Position numbers and translations under genes: made by a program. The notes under the pieces are model-generated. The model was not told the origin of the DNA and made no database searches. It saw only the letters and a program-made list of their open reading frames with translations. 64,000 nucleotides of DNA from Candidatus Xenobia bacterium (lineage in GTDB: Bacteria > Vulcanimicrobiota > Xenobia > Xenobiales > QWHO01): the NCBI GenBank assembly GCA_045863235.1, contig BTUM01000001.1:64001-128000 (forward strand), written 5' to 3'. Of the stretch, positions 50,132 to 58,609 are shown one piece after another (the stretch's first letter is position 1; every line of letters starts with the position of its first letter).

Positions 50132-51010
50132 ATGGCCGAGGCGGATTTCGTTATCATTACAGGGCTTTCTGGCGCGGGCAAGAGCCTGACCATGAAGTGC
50201 TTCGAGGATCTGGGCTTTTTTTGCGTGGACAATTTGCCGCCCGCTCTGATCCCCAAGTTCGCCCAGCTCTGCGCCGCCTCCAGCGTGAACCAGATGGCCC
50301 TGGTGATCGACGTGCGCGGCCGGCGCTTCTTCCCGGAGCTGCGTCGCTCGCTGGAAGAGCTTACCTCGCTGGGTTTCGCCCCCCGGATCCTGTTTCTGGA
50401 GGCCGATGATCGGGTCTTGGTACGGCGTTACTCGGAGAGCCGCCGGCGCCACCCGCTGGCTCCCGGTGGGGGCATCCTCGAGGGTATCAAGAAGGAGCGC
50501 GAGGCTCTGACCGAGTTGCGCGACATGGCTCAGAACATCCTCAATACCTCCAAGCTCTCCCCCAACCAGCTGATGCGGGCCAGCCGCAAGTTCGTGGACA
50601 GCCGCGAGGCCAGCATGCGGATCGCGGTGCATGTGCAGAGCTTTGGTTTCAAGTACGGCCTGCCGTTGGACGCCGACATGGTGCTGGATGTGCGTTTCTT
50701 GCCCAATCCCTTCTATGTGCCTGACCTTTCACCCATGTCGGGGCTGGATGAGCCGGTACGCGACTATGTGATCAAGCGGCCCGAGGCCCAGGACTTCCTG
50801 GACAAGGCTCAAGCCCTCCTGGAATCGGTGCTGCCATCCTTTCTCGAGGAAGGCAAGCAGAACCTGACCGTAGCCGTGGGATGCACCGGTGGCCGACACC
50901 GATCCACGGCCATGTCAGAGCAACTGGGCGAGCGACTGCGGCGCTCGGGCTACAGTGTCAACGTGCAGCACCGCGATGTGGCCCAGGCGGAGCACCTGGC
51001 GGCACGATGA
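50132..51010 (+). CDS. rapZ: RNase adapter RapZ / YvcJ
   Basis: TGLSGAGKS, CVDNLP, SFGFKYG, DVRFLPNP, GCTGGRHRS. Confidence 0.97.
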   Translation: MAEADFVIITGLSGAGKSLTMKCFEDLGFFCVDNLPPALIPKFAQLCAASSVNQMALVIDVRGRRFFPELRRSLEELTSLGFAPRILFLEADDRVLVRRYSESRRRHPLAPGGGILEGIKKEREALTELRDMAQNILNTSKLSPNQLMRASRKFVDSREASMRIAVHVQSFGFKYGLPLDADMVLDVRFLPNPFYVPDLSPMSGLDEPVRDYVIKRPEAQDFLDKAQALLESVLPSFLEEGKQNLTVAVGCTGGRHRSTAMSEQLGERLRRSGYSVNVQHRDVAQAEHLAAR

Positions 51011-52326
51011 AGAACGTTTTCATGTGGTTGGTGCCCGGCCTGCGCGTCAAGCGCTGGCTGCTGGTCTGCTGGCTGGGCCTGCTGCTCTTCACGGCCGGGT
51101 CCATCTTACTGGTGGAGGTCCTCTTCGGCAGCCTGAGCCAGCTCTGGCGAATCCTCACGCCCGCGCAGGCGGGCCTGCTGGGTCTCCTGGCGATGGGGGG
51201 AGGCATCTGGATCATCCTACAGGGAATGCGAGGCTGGTCCCAGGTCATCTATCAACTGGGTGGCCCCAAGGACCGACGCCAGATGGTGGAGGTGCTCTAC
51301 GAGCGCCACCAGCTGCAGCGCGGGCTGAAGATCGTGGCGATCGGGGGCGGCACCGGCCTGGCCAGCCTCTTGCGGGGCTTGAAACAGTACAGCAGCAACC
51401 TGGTTGCGGTGGTGACAGTCTCCGACGACGGGGGTAGCTCGGGCCGGCTCTCCAAGGAGCTCGGGGTGTTGCCCCCCGGCGACGTGCGCAACTGCCTGGT
51501 GGCCCTGGCCGACGACGAGTCTTTGCTCGGTGCCCTGTTTAACCACCGGTTCGTGGAAGGAGGTCTGGAAGGCCACTCCTTCGGCAATCTTTTCCTGGCC
51601 GCCATGACCGAAGTGGCTGGCGACTTCGAGCTGGCCGTGGAGCTCTCCAGCCAGATTCTGGCGACCCGCGGTCGGGTGCTTCCGGCCACTCTCACCAGCA
51701 CGGTGCTGTGCGCCCGTTACGTGGATGGCAGCGTGGTGCAGGGCGAGTCGCAGATCCCGGTCAGGCGCCAGCCCATCGAGAGAGTCTACCTCGAGCCCGG
51801 AGGATGCGTACCGCCAGACCGGGTGCTGGCCGAGATCGCCGAGGCAGACGCCATCGTGCTCGGTCCGGGCAGCCTGTATACCAGCGTGCTGCCCAACCTG
51901 TTGGTGGAGGGGATGGTGGACGCCGTTTTGCGTTCCAATGCTCCCAAGATCTATGCCTGCAATGTGATGACTCAGCCCGGGGAGACCGACAACTTCACCG
52001 CCGGGGATCATCTCGACGTGCTCCTGCGCCACGCCGGTGGCCCGCTGGTGGATTACGCCCTGGTCAACCTGGCTTTCCCGGCCTCGCGCCTGGCTGCCAA
52101 GTACAAAGCCGAGGGCGCTGACCCGGTGCTGGCTGACCTGGCTCGCATCGAGAAAATGGGCATCGAGCCGATTGGAGCCAACCTGATCAGCGAGACCGAG
52201 CTGGTGCGCCACGACTCTGACCGGCTGGCCCGGGCCATCATCGACCTGATCGCTCGCCACCGCTCCAAGGAAGTCGAGCCGGGCTCGGCCGGGCTCGAGT
52301 TCCGTCGGCTTCGGGCTGTGAAGTGA
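51007..52326 (+). CDS. yvcK: YvcK/GlmR-family UDP-GlcNAc-binding protein with N-terminal TM helices
   Basis: GGGTGL, DDGGSSG, PPGD.RN, GHSFGNL, GPGSLYTS, NVMTQPGET. Confidence 0.95.
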   Translation: MKNVFMWLVPGLRVKRWLLVCWLGLLLFTAGSILLVEVLFGSLSQLWRILTPAQAGLLGLLAMGGGIWIILQGMRGWSQVIYQLGGPKDRRQMVEVLYERHQLQRGLKIVAIGGGTGLASLLRGLKQYSSNLVAVVTVSDDGGSSGRLSKELGVLPPGDVRNCLVALADDESLLGALFNHRFVEGGLEGHSFGNLFLAAMTEVAGDFELAVELSSQILATRGRVLPATLTSTVLCARYVDGSVVQGESQIPVRRQPIERVYLEPGGCVPPDRVLAEIAEADAIVLGPGSLYTSVLPNLLVEGMVDAVLRSNAPKIYACNVMTQPGETDNFTAGDHLDVLLRHAGGPLVDYALVNLAFPASRLAAKYKAEGADPVLADLARIEKMGIEPIGANLISETELVRHDSDRLARAIIDLIARHRSKEVEPGSAGLEFRRLRAVK

Positions 52327-52347
52327 AAGGTTGGGCAGAGAGAATCG

Positions 52348-53115
52348 TCAGTATCGGGCGCTGATGCCCACGGTCATTCCCCAGTCCAGCCCCGATCCCG
52401 ACATCCCTTTGAGCACGGCCAGGTCGATCTGCATGTCCTCGTTGAGAAGATAGGTGAAGCCGCCATCCATGGCCAGCTCGAAGGGTCCGTTCGTTCCATC
52501 GGGTCCGCTGCCAAAGCACTCGACGAACATCCCCAGCTCGTCAGTCAGCGAGTACCCCACCGAAGTGGCGAAAAATCCCTGTAGATAGCGCCCGCCTCCG
52601 GCTTCGTCCTCCGGCACCCCTCCCTGCAGGCTGACTGCGATGGCCATGCGGTCGTTGAGCGGAAAGGTGGTCAGCAGAGCCAGCTCGGGCACCACGGCAT
52701 TTCCCGCCAGAGGGCCCGTGCCGCTGGGCAAATTGACGCGCCCGAGCAGGGCGATGGCGCCCCAGTCTTCATCGGCGAGATTGACCTTGGCTCCCAGGCT
52801 TGCGTCGGAGAGTCCTGTAACCCCTTGAGCGGCGGTGAGAAAGTCGCTTTCGACGCGCAACTCGGTGTTGGGTCCGGTGCCGATGCGAAGCAGGGTGGGA
52901 GTGGCGAAGAACTCATCCCCCCCGCGGGAGCGCTCATAGAGAAGACCCGACTCGATCTGGAAGCGCCCCGAGCCCACCGTGTAGGGCGATTCCGCCTGGT
53001 CGGGCCGGTCCGTGATGATCGGCTGCGTTTCGGAAGGGCTTGCCTGTGGCTCCACCTCCTGGGCGCCCAGGGGCCCCACAAGCAGCAAGAGAGCAAGAAT
53101 CCAGCGTTTCCACAC
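52348..53115 (-). CDS. Putative outer-membrane beta-barrel channel (MetA-pathway/'transporter' family)
   Basis: Signal peptide, ITDRP, alternating strands, C-terminal GISARY. Confidence 0.8.
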   Translation of the reverse strand: MWKRWILALLLLVGPLGAQEVEPQASPSETQPIITDRPDQAESPYTVGSGRFQIESGLLYERSRGGDEFFATPTLLRIGTGPNTELRVESDFLTAAQGVTGLSDASLGAKVNLADEDWGAIALLGRVNLPSGTGPLAGNAVVPELALLTTFPLNDRMAIAVSLQGGVPEDEAGGGRYLQGFFATSVGYSLTDELGMFVECFGSGPDGTNGPFELAMDGGFTYLLNEDMQIDLAVLKGMSGSGLDWGMTVGISARY

Positions 53116-53135
53116 GGGTCTGAGTCCTTTCTGAA

Positions 53136-53172
53136 TTTAGATGGGGCTAAATATGTTTTAGAGGAGCCTAAA
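53136..53172. promoter_or_regulatory. Tandem palindromic operators TTTAG-N6-CTAAA (MntR/DtxR-like)
   Basis: TTTAGATGGGGCTAAA (53136-53151) and TTTAGAGGAGCCTAAA (53157-53172), 21 bp apart. Confidence 0.6.
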
Positions 53173-53240
53173 AATCCTGCATCCGATCGGGTGGAAACAG
53201 TTGTCAGGGACTTTTCAGTCCCTGGCGGGACAATCAAGCC

Positions 53241-54509
53241 ATGATGATCCCCAGCCTTCAGACCGCAAGCTTCACCGCTCACAGCCCCCGGGCAGCCAGC
53301 GGCGCCCCCCAGCCCCCTGTCTTTGCGCCTCCGGCCGAGGTTTTCACACCCTCCGAGCAGACCATCAAGGCGCGTAGCGGCCTCTCGGCCACCGTGCGCC
53401 AGGATCAGATGGGGGTGGCTATCAAGGCCACCTTGCCGGCCGGGGGAGGGCTGTTGCCCATTCCGGTGGTGCTTGAAGGCACCCTGGGCGGGAGCTGGGC
53501 GGCTCGCACGGGCCAGGACGCCAGGGAGACCCAGGTGGGCAGCGACGGCCGGGTTTATGTACAGCTCGAGCCGGGCGCGCCGGCGGTGGTGTTCGACCCG
53601 CGCAATCTCGATTTCGGCCTTTCGGGGGGCTGCACTCCCACGCAGGCGGGTTGGAATCGCGGGCAGATGGAGCTTCTCGACCAGAACGGCGTACGCAAGT
53701 ACATCTTCAACGAGGAGATGGAGCATGTGTCCCCGGGCGTGGTGCGCAACGAGTACACCGAGGTGCGCTGGGACGGTCAGCAGTTGACCGCCAACCGGGT
53801 CATCCGCACTCAGGGGCAGGCCCAAGTCGAATCCGGCGGGCAGTTGATGAGCGGTCTGAAGAGCTATGTTCACGGGCCCGACAACCAGGACATCCACCTC
53901 GATGTGCAGGGCAACGCGGATAACTCGCTGACCGTCACGCCTCCCAAACTGGGCCAGCTGGCCAGCAAGAACGCCGTGCGTCTGCTGTTCGGCGACGTGG
54001 TCACACCCTACATGCAGCACCAGAAGAATCAGGGCTACGCGGGAACCTTCATGCCCCTGTCAGCCCTGCCCCCCGGCACGTTGTTCCCGGCCCTGGTGGG
54101 TGGGTTGCAGGCTCCCCCGCGTGCGCCGGTCCAGGCCCCTCCGCCCCTTCCGCCGGCTCCCCCGCCCTCGCAGAATCAGGGATTGATGGAGCAGCTCGGC
54201 TTCGGAGGCAACGATCAGGAAGGGGGCTCATTGATGGACCAGCTGGGCCTGGACGGCCTGTTCGGTCAGCGCCCCCAGCCCGCACCGCCGGGTCCGCCTC
54301 CCCAGGCTCCGGTCAGTTTCGGGCAACCGGCGCCAACTCAGCAGGCTCCGGTCCAGTTCGGCCCTCCCGCGGTTTCGGCCGACCCGCTTCAGGCTCTGCG
54401 CCAGCGCTACCCCCAGGCCAGCGAGGCAAAGTTGCAGGCGGCCTGGACACTGGCTGACGGCAACCCCCAGAAGGCCGAGCAGTTGCTGCTTCAGCTGGGC
54501 ATTCGCTGA
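53241..54509 (+). CDS. Hypothetical protein: beta-rich domain, Pro-rich linker and C-terminal UBA/CUE-like helical bundle
   Basis: 422-aa ORF; tail LRQRYPQASEAKLQAAWTLADGNPQKAEQLL. Confidence 0.7.
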   Translation: MMIPSLQTASFTAHSPRAASGAPQPPVFAPPAEVFTPSEQTIKARSGLSATVRQDQMGVAIKATLPAGGGLLPIPVVLEGTLGGSWAARTGQDARETQVGSDGRVYVQLEPGAPAVVFDPRNLDFGLSGGCTPTQAGWNRGQMELLDQNGVRKYIFNEEMEHVSPGVVRNEYTEVRWDGQQLTANRVIRTQGQAQVESGGQLMSGLKSYVHGPDNQDIHLDVQGNADNSLTVTPPKLGQLASKNAVRLLFGDVVTPYMQHQKNQGYAGTFMPLSALPPGTLFPALVGGLQAPPRAPVQAPPPLPPAPPPSQNQGLMEQLGFGGNDQEGGSLMDQLGLDGLFGQRPQPAPPGPPPQAPVSFGQPAPTQQAPVQFGPPAVSADPLQALRQRYPQASEAKLQAAWTLADGNPQKAEQLLLQLGIR

Positions 54510-54657
54510 GCCCGGGAGCAACCAGGTTGCGTTGGCTTGCGTCTCTGGCTCTGGCCCTGGCTGATCCGGCTCCGGGTGCGACTCGACTGCATGCGCCGAG
54601 ACGCACGCTGGTCTTTGCTCGCCACAAGCGACGCTGACAACCCGATTTCGCGCTGGA

Positions 54658-55341
54658 TCAGGAAGCCTGGCGGGCCTTGCGCAGATAACCGATGGCCCGG
54701 GCGGGTTGGTCGGCGCTCAGCTCGGCCAGCTCGAGCAACCAGCGGCGGCGCACGGTCGTTGAGGTATTGGCCTTGCCGGCGAGCTCGTCCAGGGCCTCGC
54801 AGTAGGCGCGCAAGAACCGCTTGTGGGCGTTGCCGCGCAGCGAGAAAGCAAGTTGGCGGGCAAAGCGGGAGCCTTCCATGTTGCTGCCTACCATGGCCCA
54901 GCTCTGGAATACCTTCTGGTAGAACTGGGCAAAGGACGGGCTGTGGCCGGCCAGAGTGGCGAAGATTTCCAGCGCCTCCTCGCCTCGACCCAGGATGATG
55001 CGCTTCATGGCTTTGATCAGCATGCGATCCACCGGTGTGAGCGGGGGCGGGGGAGGTGGGGGAGCTTTCTTGCGGCTGGCCTGCTCTCGGGCCGTGCGCA
55101 ACTCCGCCTCCAGCTCCTGCAACCGCGAGCCGGCCCTGGCCAGGCTCTGCTTCAGCGTCCCTCTCTCTTGCTCGAGCTCTTGCAGGTCCTGACACAACAC
55201 CGACAGGTCGCGCTGGTAGGCGGCCATCTGGGTTTCGCTGCGCTGCCTTTCCTCGCGCAGGGCCAGCGCCAGAGCGAGATTCCGCTCGGACAGGTGGTGG
55301 TTCTCCTCGGTGGGGCTGTCAGAGATGTGGGCGACGGACAC
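54658..55341 (-). CDS. Hypothetical coiled-coil/helical protein
   Basis: GGGAGG RBS before GTG 55341; heptad region, poly-Pro hinge, helical C-terminus. Confidence 0.7.
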   Translation of the reverse strand: MSVAHISDSPTEENHHLSERNLALALALREERQRSETQMAAYQRDLSVLCQDLQELEQERGTLKQSLARAGSRLQELEAELRTAREQASRKKAPPPPPPPLTPVDRMLIKAMKRIILGRGEEALEIFATLAGHSPSFAQFYQKVFQSWAMVGSNMEGSRFARQLAFSLRGNAHKRFLRAYCEALDELAGKANTSTTVRRRWLLELAELSADQPARAIGYLRKARQAS

Positions 55342-55484
55342 GGTGGCAGGCCTCCCGTCTTGGAATCTGGGGCTGGCGGGCCCCCGCCTCAGTCTACCCC
55401 ATCCGACTTCCGGGCGCTGTGTGCCAGCACACATCTAGGAGTGCAGCCGGAAACCCCCTTGACACAGTTTTCCGGCTGCGCGAC

Positions 55485-55643
55485 GCCCAACATATTGTGC
55501 TAGAAGTCCGGCCGCCTACAACATCTTGTGGTGGCGGAGGTTTCCTCCGACACCACAGGGGGTTTGCGGCCGGACTTCTAGCAGGCTGATACAAAACCGG
55601 TTGTGGTGTCGAAGCATAGCTCCGCCACCACAAGATATTGTGT
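55485..55643. promoter_or_regulatory. Cluster of NrdR-box-like sites (55485-55500, 55516-55531, 55628-55643)
   Basis: GCCCAACATATTGTGC, CTACAACATCTTGTGG and CCACAAGATATTGTGT match acaCwAtATaTwGtgt; the first two are 31 bp apart. Confidence 0.65.
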
Positions 55644-55660
55644 AGGCATCAGCCTGCTAG
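55500..55660. repeat. Two inverted ~82-bp hairpin units bounded by and sharing CTAG
   Basis: Unit 55500-55581 and the reverse complement of 55578-55660 share GCCTACA..ATCTTGTGGTGGCGGAG..CGACACCACA. Confidence 0.8.
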
Positions 55661-55680
55661 ACAATCTGTTGAGCGCAGGA

Positions 55681-55715
55681 TGATGCAAAAGCCCTCTTCG
55701 AGGACTTTTGCATCA
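55681..55715 (-). terminator. Hairpin after the ABC permease genes, probable terminator
   Basis: TGATGCAAAAG.CCTC-TTC-GAGG.CTTTTGCATCA. Confidence 0.6.
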
Positions 55716-55729
55716 CTCTGCTGGTGGAG

Positions 55730-56611
55730 TCAGCGCTCGAAGGCCACCCCCAGCGCGGCGGGCTCGCTGCGGCGGCGAGGGGTGAGGGCCATCACCGCAA
55801 TGGTCAAAAGGTAGGGTAGCATGAGCGCCAGCTCCGAGGGGATGGGGAGGCGGGCCACCTGGATCCAGAGCTGCAGCGAGTTCACGCTGGCGAAGAGGAG
55901 CACCCCCCCCAGCACTCCCCAGGGATTCCAGCGCCCGAAGTAGACCAACGCTACGGCGATGAAGCCCCGGCCAGCGATCATGTCTTCCTGGAACAAATTC
56001 AGGTTGGCGATGGAGAGCGAAGCGCCGGCCAGTCCTCCCAGCATGCCCCCGATGGCTACCGCCAGGGCCCGGGTGCGGGCCACCGAGATGCCCAGCGCGT
56101 CGGCTGCCTGAGGGTTCTGGCCCACCGCCTTGACCTGCAGGCCGAATCGAGTGCGGTCCAATACCAGAGCCATGATCGGCACCAGCGCGAAGGCCAGGTA
56201 GGTCAGCAGGTTGTGGCCCGAGAGCACGGGCCCCAGCCAGGGGAGGTCGAGGGCGGGGAAGCCATCCACGGTGCGGACTCCGCCCGAGGTCACCCGGTAG
56301 AGCATTCCGGCCAGGCCCAGCCCGAAGAGATAAAGACCGATCCCGCTGATGCCCTGCTCGCCCTTGAAGACCACGCTGACCAGGATCAAGAGCAGGGCCA
56401 TGGCCAGCCCGGCCGCCAGGGCCGCCAGCACGCCCAGACCCAGGCTGCCGGTGCGCACGACGGTCAGGAAGGCGGCCAGGGCTCCCACTAGCATGGTGCC
56501 CTCCAGTCCCAGATTGAGCACACCCGAGCGCTGGCCCAGCGTTTCTCCCATGGAGGCATACAGATAGGGCGTGGCCAGCCGGATGGTGGAGAAGAGGAAG
56601 CTCTCAAACAC
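55730..56611 (-). CDS. ABC transporter permease (BPD_transp_2, nucleoside/sugar type), subunit 2
   Basis: RSGVLNLGLEG, AVGQNPQAA..LGI, GRGFIAVA, LPYLLT. Confidence 0.93.
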   Translation of the reverse strand: MFESFLFSTIRLATPYLYASMGETLGQRSGVLNLGLEGTMLVGALAAFLTVVRTGSLGLGVLAALAAGLAMALLLILVSVVFKGEQGISGIGLYLFGLGLAGMLYRVTSGGVRTVDGFPALDLPWLGPVLSGHNLLTYLAFALVPIMALVLDRTRFGLQVKAVGQNPQAADALGISVARTRALAVAIGGMLGGLAGASLSIANLNLFQEDMIAGRGFIAVALVYFGRWNPWGVLGGVLLFASVNSLQLWIQVARLPIPSELALMLPYLLTIAVMALTPRRRSEPAALGVAFER

Positions 56612-57641
56612 GGCGATTGCGGCGCCTCCGCTCCCAGGCTTCGGCGCTGACCAGCAGGCAGAGGATCAGGCCCTGCAGAGCGATGGCCAGCGAGGCCGGC
56701 ACCTGCATGGAGCGCTGCATTTTGTCGGCCCCCACCAGCAAGGCCGCAAACAGGGCCCCGGCCGGCAACAGCCAGCGCGGGTCGAGGCGAGCGAGCAGGG
56801 CGGCTACGATGCCCGCAAAGCCGGCCCCTCCGGTCATCCCTTCCAGCGAGCGGTGGTGCAGGCCGGTCACCTCCACGATCCCGGCCAGGCCAGCCAGGGC
56901 CCCGGAGATCAGCATGGCCAGCACCAGGCGTGTGCCCACTCCGATGCCGGCGTAGCGGGCTGCCAGCGGACTCAGCCCCACGGCCCGCAGCTCGAAGCCG
57001 AGCGTGGTGCGCCGCAGCAGGAAGTAGACCACTCCCGCCAGGAGCGGCAGGAGCAACAGGCCCGCGTGCAGGGTGGTGCGGGGGATCAGTCGGGGCAGCC
57101 AGATAGCAGCGGGCAGGGCGGCGCTCTGGGGAATTCTTGTGCCGGCCGCGATCTCAGCCGGGTCGAGCATGGGTCCGCTGAGCACGAAGTTCATGAGCTG
57201 CAGGGCCACCTGGTTGAGCATGACCGTGCTCAGGATCTCGTTCACCCCGAAGCGGGCCTTCAGGTAGCCCGCCAGCCCGGCCCAGAGGGCACCGGCGGTG
57301 ACCCCGGCGGCCAATACCAGGGGTAGAAGCACGGGACCGGGGAGGGAAGGGATTGCCAGGCCCAGGGCGGTGCCGGCCAGGGCTCCCACGATCATCTGGC
57401 CCTCGGCGCCGATGTTGAAGATGCGGGCCTGGAAGGCGACGATGATGCCCAACCCGACCAGCACCAGGGGGATCGACTTGGAGAGGGTCTGGGCCAGGCC
57501 TTTGAGGCTGCCCAGGCTACCCGCCAGCATCGCCTCGTAGGCCAGCATCGGGTTGACCCCCAGAGCGGCCAGGAGCAGGCCCCCCAGAGCGAAGGAGCCG
57601 GTCAAGGCCACCAGGGTGGGCAGGAAATCGGGGCGCTTCAC
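56604..57641 (-). CDS. ABC transporter permease (BPD_transp_2), subunit 1
   Basis: FNIGAEGQ, NEILST.MLN, GFELRAVG...AARYAGI. Confidence 0.93.
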   Translation of the reverse strand: MKRPDFLPTLVALTGSFALGGLLLAALGVNPMLAYEAMLAGSLGSLKGLAQTLSKSIPLVLVGLGIIVAFQARIFNIGAEGQMIVGALAGTALGLAIPSLPGPVLLPLVLAAGVTAGALWAGLAGYLKARFGVNEILSTVMLNQVALQLMNFVLSGPMLDPAEIAAGTRIPQSAALPAAIWLPRLIPRTTLHAGLLLLPLLAGVVYFLLRRTTLGFELRAVGLSPLAARYAGIGVGTRLVLAMLISGALAGLAGIVEVTGLHHRSLEGMTGGAGFAGIVAALLARLDPRWLLPAGALFAALLVGADKMQRSMQVPASLAIALQGLILCLLVSAEAWERRRRNRRV

Positions 57642-57682
57642 CCCCTCTTCTTAACTCAGCCTGTCAAGGCTATAATGGGCCT

Positions 57683-58609
57683 ATGGTGCTCGAGGTGCAG
57701 GGGCTGACCAAGAGCTTCGGAGGGACGAGGGCGCTCACCGATGTCAGCTTCTCGTTGGCCGAGGGCGAGTCGCTGGCCTTGCTCGGCCCGAACGGCGCCG
57801 GCAAGACCACCACCCTGCGCATTCTGGCCACTTTGCTCAAGCCGGACCAGGGCAGCTTCAAGGTGGTCGGTCGCTCGAATTTTTACGAGGTGCGCCGCTT
57901 GATCGGCTACATGCCGGACGTGCTGGGGATTTACCCCGAGATGCAGGTCAAGGAGTACCTGGAGTTTTTTGCCCGCGCCTATCAACTCCCGAGCCCCCGG
58001 CGCCGCCAGCGGGTCGAAGAGATGGTGAGCTTTGCTGGAATGGAGGGTTGGCTTGAGCGGCCGCTCGAGGGCCTGTCGCGCGGCCAGCTGCAGCGCGTCG
58101 CCCTGGCCCGGGCCCTGCTGCACGATCCGCTGCTGCTCTTGCTCGACGAGCCGGCGGCCGGGCTCGACCCGCGCTCGCGCCTGGAGTTTCGCCGCCTGTT
58201 GCAGGATCTGCGCCAGCGGGGCAAGACGGTGGTGATCAGCTCGCACGTGCTGAGCGACCTGGAGGACACCTCGAGTCACATCGCGGTGATCGAGCAAGGG
58301 TCCTTGCTTTGCCTCGAGCCGATGCATGACTTCCTGGAGAAGACCACCGCTCACGCCACCTACCGCCTCTGCCTGGCCGGCGATCCCGGGTCTGCACTGG
58401 ACTTTCTGGCGGGCCATCCCCGGGTCCAGGCAGCCCGATTCGATGGCGACGACATTCTGGTGGAGCTATGCCGGGTCGATGGGCTGGCTCGCGACCTCCT
58501 GCGCGAGCTGGTGGAGCAGAAGCTCGAGGTGGAGAGCTTTGCCGAGGTGAGGCTGTCGCTTGAGCAGGCCTATCTGGCCCGAACCCGTGACCTGGCGGGG
58601 GCCCTATGA
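57683..58609 (+). CDS. ABC-2-type transporter ATP-binding protein
   Basis: GPNGAGKT, LSRGQ, LLLDEPAAGLD, SSH. Confidence 0.95.
   Translation: MVLEVQGLTKSFGGTRALTDVSFSLAEGESLALLGPNGAGKTTTLRILATLLKPDQGSFKVVGRSNFYEVRRLIGYMPDVLGIYPEMQVKEYLEFFARAYQLPSPRRRQRVEEMVSFAGMEGWLERPLEGLSRGQLQRVALARALLHDPLLLLLDEPAAGLDPRSRLEFRRLLQDLRQRGKTVVISSHVLSDLEDTSSHIAVIEQGSLLCLEPMHDFLEKTTAHATYRLCLAGDPGSALDFLAGHPRVQAARFDGDDILVELCRVDGLARDLLRELVEQKLEVESFAEVRLSLEQAYLARTRDLAGAL

Noticed and set aside
53191..53234. Third copy of the GTAACA promoter motif before gene 53241
   Set aside because: GAAACA lies 35 rather than 38 bp from the candidate -10 and lacks the second repeat.
55426..55715. Repeats as a CRISPR array
   Set aside because: Units are inverted and nested, not direct repeats with unique spacers; no cas genes in the window.
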